DNA from: Pseudoalteromonas tetraodonis | GTDB taxonomy: Bacteria; Pseudomonadota; Gammaproteobacteria; Enterobacterales; Alteromonadaceae | Direction of reading: 5' to 3' | Assembly: GCF_002310835.1 (NCBI RefSeq) | Contig: NZ_CP011042.1 | Span: forward strand, 1 to 32,000 | DNA: 32,000 nt | Shown here: positions 17,366-24,812 of the stretch, one piece after another | How positions within the stretch are numbered: position 1 is the first letter of the stretch | How the letters are laid out: each line of letters begins with the position of its first letter | Made by a program: the position numbers and the translations under genes | The notes under the pieces: generated by a model | Told to the model about the DNA's origin: nothing | Database searches by the model: none | The model's input: the letters and a program-made list of their open reading frames with translations, nothing else

Positions 17366-18406
17366 ATGAAAAAACTATTACCCACTTCATCAGCAGGCAG
17401 CTTGCCAAAACCGTCATGGCTTGCTGAGCCCGAAACCTTATGGTCACCGTGGAAATTACAAGGTAGTGAGCTGATTGATGGCAAACACGATGCCCTGCGT
17501 ATTTCCCTGCACGATCAACAAACCGCAGGCGTAGATATAGTCAGCGATGGCGAACAAACTCGTCAGCACTTTGTAACCACCTTTATTGAACACTTAAATG
17601 GCGTTGATTTTGAAAACCGTAAAACAGTTAAAATTCGCGACCGTTACGACGCCAGCGTACCCACAGTGGTTGGCCCTGTGTCTCGTACTAAATCGGTATT
17701 TGTTGAAGACGCCAAGTTTTTACGCCAACAAACCAGCCAACCAATTAAATGGGCACTGCCTGGGCCCATGACCATGATCGACACCCTGTATGACGATCAC
17801 TATAAAAGCCGTGAAAAACTAGCATGGGAATTTGCTAAAATACTTAACCAAGAAGCCAAAGAGCTAGAAGCCGCTGGGGTTGATATAATTCAATTTGATG
17901 AACCTGCTTTTAACGTGTTTTTTGACGAGGTAAACGACTGGGGCATAGCCTGCCTAGAGCGAGCTATAGAAGGGTTAAAATGCGAAACCGCCGTGCATAT
18001 TTGTTACGGCTACGGCATTAAAGCCAACACCGATTGGAAGAAAACCCTCGGCACCGAGTGGCGACAATACGAAGAAGTATTCCCTAAGCTGCAAAAATCG
18101 AATATAGATATTATTTCGCTAGAATGCCAAAACTCACATGTACCCATAGAGCTACTCGAACTGGTGCGCGGTAAAAAAATAATGGTAGGCGCAATCGATG
18201 TAGCCACCAATACCATAGAAACTCCCGAAGAGGTGGCCAAAACCCTACGCGAAGCACTCAAATATGTTGATGCCGACAAACTCTACCCCTGCACCAACTG
18301 CGGCATGGCCCCCCTGCCCCGCAATATTGCAAACGGTAAGCTCAACGCCCTAAGCAAAGGCGCAGAGTTAGTACGTAACGAACTATTAGCAGCAAATGTC
18401 GCTTAA
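17366..18406 (+). CDS. mesD: core-MetE-type (single-barrel, cobalamin-independent) methionine synthase, MesD-like
   Basis: Start chosen at MKKLLPTSSAGSLPKPSWL (ATG 17366) rather than the upstream in-frame Met at 17252, which overlaps mesX. Motifs: GSLPKP, DGEQTRQHF, IQFDEPAF, HICYGY, C-terminal CTNCGM (Zn ligands). Confidence 0.85.
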   Translation: MKKLLPTSSAGSLPKPSWLAEPETLWSPWKLQGSELIDGKHDALRISLHDQQTAGVDIVSDGEQTRQHFVTTFIEHLNGVDFENRKTVKIRDRYDASVPTVVGPVSRTKSVFVEDAKFLRQQTSQPIKWALPGPMTMIDTLYDDHYKSREKLAWEFAKILNQEAKELEAAGVDIIQFDEPAFNVFFDEVNDWGIACLERAIEGLKCETAVHICYGYGIKANTDWKKTLGTEWRQYEEVFPKLQKSNIDIISLECQNSHVPIELLELVRGKKIMVGAIDVATNTIETPEEVAKTLREALKYVDADKLYPCTNCGMAPLPRNIANGKLNALSKGAELVRNELLAANVA

Positions 18407-18430
18407 TTTTTAGTTATAGCTGCTGTAAAA

Positions 18431-18467
18431 AGCCACACCTTAGCACATGTTGAGGTGTGGCTTTTTT
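18431..18467 (+). terminator. Rho-independent terminator of mesD
   Basis: AGCCACACCT...AGGTGTGGCT stem followed by T6. Confidence 0.9.
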
Positions 18468-18576
18468 AATCAAAATGTCATGGGGGTTTACACAACGAGG
18501 TTAAAGGCAAAAGGTGCTAGGTGAAAGGTTTAAGTTCGTTGAGTGTTAGTTGGGTTGAGTGCAACAAACCTAGCAA
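18468..18576 (+). repeat. dispersed intergenic repeat, copy B (left edge of the AT-rich island)
   Basis: AATCAAAATGTCATGGGGGTTTACAC...GTTGGGTTGAGTGCAACAAACC aligns with copy A (13388-13493). Confidence 0.55.
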
Positions 18577-18653
18577 AAGTAATTAAACCTAACCGAGCCG
18601 CAAGGTATTATTGATTGAGTAGGGAGTGTCATTTGCAGAGAAAGGCAACGCCC

Positions 18654-18744
18654 GCCTAACATGCATTGTGTTGGTGTGGCTTTTTGCGTTGCTTGCCAAA
18701 ACCATGGCAAAGTTACATTGTCCTTGTTTAACAGCTTTTTAGGC
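18654..18744 (-). mobile_element. attC-like site 1 (weakest of three)
   Basis: On the minus strand: GCCTAAA (contains the TAA stop of the 2-TM ORF) ... central hairpin TTGCCA/TGGCAA ... GTTAGGC (18660..18654). One core is imperfect. Part of the site duplicates the mesD terminator arm. Confidence 0.4.
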
Positions 18745-19446
18745 GCTTTTAGAGAGTACCTCATATTCTGGATTACCATATGAGCCAATTAATATATCTT
18801 CGCGTGTTTCTTCGCCTCTAGAATCAAAGAAATTGTAACCATCCAGATTCAGCTCGTTAGCAAGCTTTATTGCAACATCTATCTCTCGATTCTCTAAATA
18901 TTGGGAAATAGACATGATTCTCTTTTCAGGGACATCATTAGAACCAAAACTTGTAACTCTAAGTACGCCATTTGTAGAAAGTACCTCTTTGATACGATTT
19001 TTATCCGCTAAATGCTTATTGACACCAATAAGGAGTGAGGTTTCCGGTGCACCTTGGTTTGGCTCATTTACAAAACTCAGTTTAGATAACTTCTCTTCTA
19101 TTTTTTCTATAGAAATAGTTAACTCGTTTAATTGAACTTCGTTTTTAGGGACTTTAACTGGCTCGTTTGTCTTTTTATTTAAATAACTTGAATAATAAGA
19201 GTCTTCTTGTAGCTCTGGCCTAAATTTAGTTTGTAGTAAAAAAACAGAACCTAAAAATATTGGTACATTGATTATAGCCGCTAAAACTAATGCGCCAGAC
19301 TGCCATGAATTAACATCAAAATTTGCAGCGCCAACTAAGTAACAACTATTTATAGAAAACAGACCAACTAACCAAGCTCCAAGAAGTTGGATAGGTTTAG
19401 TAATTTTTTCAGGTTTAATTTGATTTTCTGACATACTTAGATGCAA
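18739..19446 (-). CDS. 2-TM membrane protein of unknown function (cassette ORF)
   Basis: 235 aa. Two predicted TM helices (LLGAWLVGLFSINSCYLVGAA and ALVLAAIINVPIFLGSVFLL), a short coiled-coil-like stretch, and a ~100-aa soluble C-terminal domain. The track start is TTG at 19446; ATG at 19434 (MSENQ) is the alternative, with AAGGAG upstream. Low GC. Confidence 0.7.
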   Translation of the reverse strand: MHLSMSENQIKPEKITKPIQLLGAWLVGLFSINSCYLVGAANFDVNSWQSGALVLAAIINVPIFLGSVFLLQTKFRPELQEDSYYSSYLNKKTNEPVKVPKNEVQLNELTISIEKIEEKLSKLSFVNEPNQGAPETSLLIGVNKHLADKNRIKEVLSTNGVLRVTSFGSNDVPEKRIMSISQYLENREIDVAIKLANELNLDGYNFFDSRGEETREDILIGSYGNPEYEVLSKSA

Positions 19447-19456
19447 CTCCTTAAGC

Positions 19457-19556
19457 GCCTAACGCCGCCTTGAGCGGTGAGTAATAGTTGGCTAAAATGT
19501 GAAGCGAAGCGGAACCGAGCCAACTGTTACGAACCGACTTTAAGCCCTTGTTAGGC
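19457..19556 (-). mobile_element. attC-like recombination site 2 (best example)
   Basis: 100-bp imperfect palindrome bounded by GCCTAAC (19457-19463) and GTTAGGC (19550-19556). Inner arms pair with bulges (AGTTGGCT/AGCCAACT, GTAAT/GTTAC, CGGT/ACCG). The TAA stop of the upstream ORF lies inside the core. Confidence 0.65.
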
Positions 19557-20621
19557 GAAATATTGCAACCCATACTTTTTACTATTTTCTTGAACATTTT
19601 CTAATGTTTCAATTTCTGAATAATACTTATAACCATGCCCCATATCAATTTCTTTACAGAAGATTAATCGCTCATAAGGTTCTTGGTTTTTTTCAGAGAA
19701 GTGACAGAAAATATGAGGGAAATAGTCATACTCATCTCCGTAAAAATTGATAGTTTCAATATTAACAAAGGGAATTTCACCTACAAGAAAAACTCTTTCG
19801 TCACCTTGCTCTCCACTTTTGGTATCTCTGAACCTTAAGCTTCCATCTTCACAGAGTGAAAGCGCTCCAGCTTTTAAAAAAACTTGAACTCCACGATGAT
19901 AAAGTTGAGCTAACTCAACCTTAAACCAAGGAGATATTCCATCATCATCTGATACTTCTGGGTAATTATCAACGCGATCTAAGTCGCGGAGAATAACCCT
20001 ACGCCTTAATTTCTCGTAATTTATTTTTTGAATATATTCAGATAACTGCTGTCTTACGGCTTCTTGGTGTTTAACTTTTTCACCATTACTGGAAAACTTA
20101 GGGCCTACAACTTTAGGCTGTTTAGCATAGGGTTTTAATGCGCTAACAAATGAATCAATTAGTTTTTTCTTAACTTCAGCTTTGTCAGATATATTTTTAT
20201 CACTTAATTCATAGCTAATAGGCCAACGCTTGTGAGCTAAATCGAAAGGAATATTACCATTTGCCTCACCAAAAGAAGTATTAATTACGTTAATAACTCT
20301 TTCATCGCCTAAAGCGTACATTGCATAGCCTAACTCTATTAGCACATTTGGGTTGGATAATGCTCTGCCACTTTCAGAAAATGACACAAAAGTAATATCA
20401 CCAATAAAAATATCACTGCTTTCTATTTTAGATAAAATAGTTGTAGCTATATCGGGAGATCCCGGAACGCCCTTCGTATCGTGATCTTCTCGCATCGATT
20501 CTTTAAGATCGAACTCTTGATTGACTTTCTTTACAGCTGCCTTAAGGCAATCTAGTTGAAAATATCGATTGTATTTCGCATTGATATCACTTTGCCAAGA
20601 ATAGAAAACCTTTATTGTCAC
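19551..20621 (-). CDS. TIR-like (COG4271 / nucleoside 2-deoxyribosyltransferase-like) N-terminal domain fused to an uncharacterised C-terminal domain (cassette ORF)
   Basis: 356 aa. GTG start with AAGG 8 nt upstream. N-terminus KVFYSWQSD...DIFIGDITFV...NPNVLIELGYAMYALGDERVINV matches the strand/acidic-residue/NVxxELGY-Glu layout of bacterial TIR-like effector domains. The C-terminal ~180 aa has no motif I recognise. Low GC. Confidence 0.6.
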   Translation of the reverse strand: MTIKVFYSWQSDINAKYNRYFQLDCLKAAVKKVNQEFDLKESMREDHDTKGVPGSPDIATTILSKIESSDIFIGDITFVSFSESGRALSNPNVLIELGYAMYALGDERVINVINTSFGEANGNIPFDLAHKRWPISYELSDKNISDKAEVKKKLIDSFVSALKPYAKQPKVVGPKFSSNGEKVKHQEAVRQQLSEYIQKINYEKLRRRVILRDLDRVDNYPEVSDDDGISPWFKVELAQLYHRGVQVFLKAGALSLCEDGSLRFRDTKSGEQGDERVFLVGEIPFVNIETINFYGDEYDYFPHIFCHFSEKNQEPYERLIFCKEIDMGHGYKYYSEIETLENVQENSKKYGLQYFA

Positions 20622-20644
20622 AGATATGCCTTAATTTGAGTTTC

Positions 20645-20701
20645 GCCTAACATTTTAGTATTTATGCGACACGCTGTTTGTGTTGCATAATCGCTTGTTG
20701 G
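20645..20701 (-). mobile_element. attC-like site 3 (short, 57 bp)
   Basis: GCCTAAC (20645-20651) ... TTATGCGACA/TGTTGCATAA inner arms ... GTTGGAC (20695-20701, fits GTTRRRY). On the minus strand it sits directly upstream of the TIR-like cassette. Confidence 0.5.
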
Positions 20702-21297
20702 ACTGAGCCGCTACCTGCTCGGTGTATCAGAGTTGGTGTTGTTTATGCTATGGACTTTTTATATAAAAGAAGGGCTTTTTATGACCTAAGCTAAATCAGC
20801 TAATTTAATCAGCTGACCAATTATAATTTAAGCTTTCCCTGCGTCGCTCAGTGTTCATTATTTATCCATTAAACCTAATATTTAACCGTTAAGCAAGGAT
20901 ATTTTTCGCTCGCACAGCCGCTATTAGCCTGAGCAGTTAAGCAGGTTAACTCATTGATTTGATGCAGCAACCAAGGCAGCTAACTTTTTCGAACTATTTC
21001 ATTCGTAGCAATACCTGAGGTTATCCCTCCGATACAAAGGACAAAGGAGGAAAATCTTAACTTCAGGCATCAAATACTTTGGCTGACCCATTATCAATAT
21101 TTTGCTTATCAGTAACAGTCTAAAACAATAAGATAAACAAATAACCCCTACTTTTAGCTATTACTTAGTTTGATTTCTAACTAGCACTTACAAACTCAAC
21201 AGTCCTTCTACCCATTCTAAAACAAAGCGTGTGTTTTGGGTTTGTTCGCGCTGCTGATTAATTACTTTATCAACCCCCACCTACATGCGGTATTTTT

Positions 21298-21345
21298 AAC
21301 CAAACCGTAACGGGGGTTTACAGCAACGGCTTAAAACGCGGGTGC
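21298..21345 (+). repeat. dispersed intergenic repeat, partial copy C (right edge of the AT-rich island)
   Basis: AACCAAACCGTAACGGGGGTTTACAGCAACGG matches the 5' part of copies A and B. An inverted fragment of the AACAAACCCA word occurs at 21237-21248. Confidence 0.45.
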
Positions 21346-21429
21346 TGTTACTGTACTTTATTAACTGATAAGGTGATTAAGCGAAGCAATAAAATTGCGT
21401 TTTAGTAACGATTTAAACAGGAGTCATTA

Positions 21430-22110
21430 ATGGCAACTACACTGGCGTTTGATGTATACGGTACGCTTATAAACACTCATGGCGTGGTGTCGTTACTTGA
21501 AAATATGATTGGTGATAACGCGCACGCATTTTCAACTACCTGGCGTGAAAAGCAGCTTGAATACTCGTTTAGACGCGGCTTAATGCAAAACTACGTGCCG
21601 TTTTCTGTGTGTACTGAGCAGGCACTTAATTATGCGTGTTTACTGCACAAGGTAACTTTAAGCGATGAGCAAAAAGCACAGTTATTAGCACGTTATAAAA
21701 CCCTCCCCGCATTTGATGATGTAAAAGCGGGGCTTGAGAGCTTAAAAGCACAAAACTATCGGTTGTTTGCGTTTTCTAATGGTGCGGCCAGTGCGGTAAA
21801 TACCTTGCTCGAAACGGCGGGTATAAGTGAGCTTTTTGAAGGTGTGGTGAGCGCCGATGATATTAAAACCTTTAAACCCAACCCCGGTGTTTATAGTCAT
21901 TTTTTACGTCAGGCAAATTCAACATGCGCTAATACCTGGTTGATATCGAGTAACCCGTTTGATGTTATTGGGGCGTTATCGCATGGTATGCGTGCTGCGT
22001 GGATACAGCGCTCAAGTGAGGCTATTTTTGATCCCTGGGAACTAACGCCTACAACAACGGCGTGCGATATACATGATTTAAAAACCAAGCTAGCCAGTAA
22101 TAACCAATGA
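21430..22110 (+). CDS. haloacid dehalogenase, type II (HAD superfamily)
   Basis: 226 aa. Nucleophile motif AFDVYGTL, then FSNG, KPNP, and a C-terminal SSNPFDVIGA block typical of L-2-haloacid dehalogenases. Confidence 0.85.
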   Translation: MATTLAFDVYGTLINTHGVVSLLENMIGDNAHAFSTTWREKQLEYSFRRGLMQNYVPFSVCTEQALNYACLLHKVTLSDEQKAQLLARYKTLPAFDDVKAGLESLKAQNYRLFAFSNGAASAVNTLLETAGISELFEGVVSADDIKTFKPNPGVYSHFLRQANSTCANTWLISSNPFDVIGALSHGMRAAWIQRSSEAIFDPWELTPTTTACDIHDLKTKLASNNQ

Positions 22111-22144
22111 TTTAGTTGGCAGGGGTTAAATTACACCAATGAAA

Positions 22145-22177
22145 GGCTAGGTTTGCGCTTACAAACCTAGCCGTTTT
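22145..22177 (+). terminator. probable intrinsic terminator of the dehalogenase gene
   Basis: GGCTAGGTTTG cgctta CAAACCTAGCC followed by GTTTTA. Confidence 0.6.
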
Positions 22178-22444
22178 AGGGTCTGTTGATCTTTCAAGGT
22201 TAAATTTGCAGCAGTCTGTTTGGTATTTAGGCAAGGCAGAGCCTATGTGGTGTGGTTATTCCCCATAAATAGGCGATAACGCAGCATCAATGCCAAACAG
22301 GCGCTGCCCTTCGGGTTCTGCCTAGGGGCGATTTACTCTTTGTTGCTCGGTTTTTACTTAGCCCACTAGGTTACAAACCTCGCGCCGCGATTAAACCGCC
22401 CCTAGTTTGAACAAATTTTAATCCGCAAAGGTCAACAGACCCTA
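22177..22444. repeat. 268-bp inverted-repeat-bounded, internally highly palindromic element (MITE-like or structured RNA)
   Basis: Terminal inverted repeats TAGGGTCTGTTGATCTTT (22177-22194) and AAAGGTCAACAGACCCTA (22427-22444), with a 12-bp perfect core. Nested internal stems: GCAGCAGTCTGTTTGG/CCAAACAGGCGCTGC, AGGCAGAGCC/GGTTCTGCCT, CCTAGGGGCG/CGCCCCTAG. Confidence 0.5.
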
Positions 22445-22894
22445 GTCTTTAATTGCAATGGCAATTTCTATTTCGTTACTGTTTTTATAATACTCAAAAT
22501 CACTGGTGTAAGTACGTTCATAGCGGCAATCGTCTGAGCTGAAGTATTGCCAAATTTCGCCCCATAAATCGATTACTGCATCGGGCATTTCACCTTCACC
22601 TTTAAATACCAAATAACGCCCCGCTTGGGTGGTTACTTTTTTAGCTTCAGGGAGTTTAATTGATAAATTATCGCAGCAGGCAATTACGTCAAAATCGCCA
22701 GTGAGATCGCTTTCGTAATTAGTATACACACCATACACTTTGGTGTTTTGGGTAAGGCTGTTGGCAAACTTTTCACCAAATTTTTGCCAAAGTTCAGCTA
22801 TATTTGCAGTGCCAGCGTTCATTTCATTGGCGTTGCAGGTTCTTACTTTTAAGCCGATTAAGGTCTGACTTGCTAATTGTTTTACTTCCATCAT
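22442..22894 (-). CDS. GyrI-like (SbmC/AraC-effector-binding fold) small-molecule-binding protein
   Basis: The pattern LIGLKVRT...IAELWQKF...VYGVYTNYESD...FDVIACC...AGRYLVFKGEGEMPDAVIDLWGEIWQYF is typical of stand-alone GyrI-like domains. The likely start is MMEVKQ (22894 or 22891, with AAGGA upstream). The track ORF extends to 22924. Confidence 0.75.
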   Translation of the reverse strand: MMEVKQLASQTLIGLKVRTCNANEMNAGTANIAELWQKFGEKFANSLTQNTKVYGVYTNYESDLTGDFDVIACCDNLSIKLPEAKKVTTQAGRYLVFKGEGEMPDAVIDLWGEIWQYFSSDDCRYERTYTSDFEYYKNSNEIEIAIAIKD

Positions 22895-23210
22895 GACGTC
22901 CTTTAGCGTTAATACAAACACCAACGTAACAGAAAAACCGCCAATACTTTAAATTTTGTATTAAATATTTCATAAACAGTGATTATTGAGCTCAATTGCG
23001 TGTTTATTGCTCATGTTTAAATAGGTGCCAATCGCTAAACGTGGCTTTGCTACCGCTAAAATAATTGCTCAATTCCCCCTTTTTTAACTTTATTTTTGCA
23101 TGTAATGCTTGTCGTTTAATAATATGGCTTATCGATTTTTGTTAAAAATATACGACAAGCTTATTAGCTCTAATTTAAAAAAAGTTGTTATCTAATCCTT
23201 TTTCATTATT

Positions 23211-23229
23211 GTAAATAGAAATCATTATC
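23211..23229. promoter_or_regulatory. Fur box upstream of the siderophore operon
   Basis: GTAAATAGAAATCATTATC matches the 19-bp consensus GATAATGATAATCATTATC at 14/19. The 3' half AATCATTATC is perfect. It lies 24 nt upstream of the first ORF. Confidence 0.65.
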
Positions 23230-23252
23230 ATTAAGATCCTTGCACCTAAAAA

Positions 23253-24812
23253 GTGTACTCAAGGAATGTTGATGTGTCTCAATCTCACGTGTTAAATATT
23301 AATACCATTGAAAAACAGGCTGTATTTGAACAAAGCGGCCTGCCCCCACAATTCAATTTAGAGCAGTTCATTAATTATCAAATAGCGTCTTTGCAAGGGT
23401 TGTCGGCGGTACAGCAAGCGATGGCTAAAGCCCAAAAGCCATTTTCAGGTGTGTCGGTAAATGCGTTAGCAAAAGTAGTAAACGATGTTGATTTATCAAA
23501 GCCTTTGGCTGACTTTCCGGCGGTGCTTGAAGAGCTAAAAGGCGTGTATTTAGATCATGCCGTGTATTTTCATCATCCTCGCTACATGGCGCATTTAAAC
23601 TGCCCTGTAACCTATCCTGCTGTGGTGGCCGAACACATTATTGCTGCTATTAATACCTCGGTAGATACGTGGGATCAAAGTGCAGGTGCGACCTTAATTG
23701 AGCAAAAGCTGATTGATTGGACATGCCAAAAAGCAGCATTGCCAAGCACTGCCGATGGAGTATTTACTAGTGGCGGCACACAATCAAACTTAATGGCAAT
23801 GTTAGTTGCTCGTGAAGTAGCAGTTAGCCGATATGCGCCAGAACATCAGGTAAAACTTCAGGGCTTACCAGCTGTTGCCTCGCGCTTTAAAATTTACTGC
23901 TCTGAGGTGGCGCATTTTAGTATTCAAAAAGCGGCGGCGTTATTGGGGCTCGGTTACAACGCTGTGGTGCCGGTGGCTACAAACAGCGAAATGCAAATGG
24001 ATATGCATGCACTTAAAACCGCCATAGCAACAAGCAAAGCGCAAGGCGATTTACCCATTGCAGTGGTTATTACCGCAGGTACAACCGATTTTGGCTCAAT
24101 CGATCCAATCCATAATATTGTCATGCTAGCTAAAGAAGAGCAGCTATGGTGCCACGTAGATGGCGCTTATGGCGGCGGTTTGTTGGTGAGCGAGCACCAC
24201 CGAAATGCGCTTAATGGCATTGAGTTGGTTGATTCAATAACGATTGATTATCACAAATCATTTATGCAACCGGTTAGTTGTAGTGCCTTTTTATTAAGTG
24301 ACAAACGCCATTTTAGCCACATTACTTTATATGCCGATTATTTAAACCCATTAGCAGAGGCTGGAAATGGCACGCCTAATTTGGTTGATAAAAGCCTACA
24401 AACCACCCGCCGTTTTGATGCCTTAAAGTTATGGCTAACACTGCGCACCACTGGAGAAGCACCGCTGGGTCGCGCGTTCGATAAAGTTATTGGCCTTGCG
24501 CGCCAAACGCATATTGTACTTAACGACCATCCCGACTTTGAAGTAGTAAATTACCCCGAGCTTAGTGCCTTGGTATTTAGATTTGCCCCTGATGATTTAA
24601 AACATGACCTTGATTTACTCGACTCTTTAAACCTGCATGTACGACAAACGTTTTTACAAACCGGTGAAGCCATGGTTGCCCGTACAAAAATAAATGGTCG
24701 TCATTACCTTAAATTTACATTGCTTAATGCGCAGTGCCAATTAACAGATGTACGCGCTGTTATTGAGAAAATTAGCCACATTGCATGGCAAACTTATAGG
24801 GAAATTGCATAA
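23253..24812 (+). CDS. PLP-dependent group II amino-acid decarboxylase (DesA/BibA; diaminobutyrate, lysine or ornithine decarboxylase type)
   Basis: 519 aa. PLP-lysine motif ITIDYHKSF, and TSGGTQSNL. First gene of the hydroxamate siderophore operon. The track start is GTG 23253; GTG 23274 has a better AAGGA Shine-Dalgarno. Confidence 0.9.
   Translation: MYSRNVDVSQSHVLNINTIEKQAVFEQSGLPPQFNLEQFINYQIASLQGLSAVQQAMAKAQKPFSGVSVNALAKVVNDVDLSKPLADFPAVLEELKGVYLDHAVYFHHPRYMAHLNCPVTYPAVVAEHIIAAINTSVDTWDQSAGATLIEQKLIDWTCQKAALPSTADGVFTSGGTQSNLMAMLVAREVAVSRYAPEHQVKLQGLPAVASRFKIYCSEVAHFSIQKAAALLGLGYNAVVPVATNSEMQMDMHALKTAIATSKAQGDLPIAVVITAGTTDFGSIDPIHNIVMLAKEEQLWCHVDGAYGGGLLVSEHHRNALNGIELVDSITIDYHKSFMQPVSCSAFLLSDKRHFSHITLYADYLNPLAEAGNGTPNLVDKSLQTTRRFDALKLWLTLRTTGEAPLGRAFDKVIGLARQTHIVLNDHPDFEVVNYPELSALVFRFAPDDLKHDLDLLDSLNLHVRQTFLQTGEAMVARTKINGRHYLKFTLLNAQCQLTDVRAVIEKISHIAWQTYREIA

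Noticed and set aside
18725-18731. GTTTAAC as the core site of attC-like site 1.
   Set aside because: It has three mismatches to the complement of GCCTAAC. TTTAGGC at 18738-18744 has one mismatch and contains the stop codon, as in the other cassette. The whole site remains low confidence.
687-19135. Many 60-97-aa ORFs in the six-frame track: 687-878, 1812-2003, 1853-2059, 2056-2334, 2722-2931, 4684-4896, 6854-7036, 7154-7345, 9405-9605, 9959-10177, 11173-11403, 12812-13027, 14732-14914, 15299-15592, 15466-15672, 15727-15945, 18010-18279, 18570-18788, 18914-19135.
   Set aside because: All lie inside, or antisense to, longer ORFs with clear family motifs, or overlap intergenic repeats. Their sequences are low-complexity or biased and have no recognisable domains or ribosome-binding sites.
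20702-21429. An integron integrase or attI, or any coding gene, upstream of the cassette array. This includes the strong AAGGAGG at 21044-21050.
   Set aside because: No ORF of 60 aa or more is present on either strand, and no start codon lies within 5-12 nt of the SD-like word. The SD-like word can pair with CCTCC at 21026-21030. The region was left as non-coding, possibly an ORF-less or decayed cassette.
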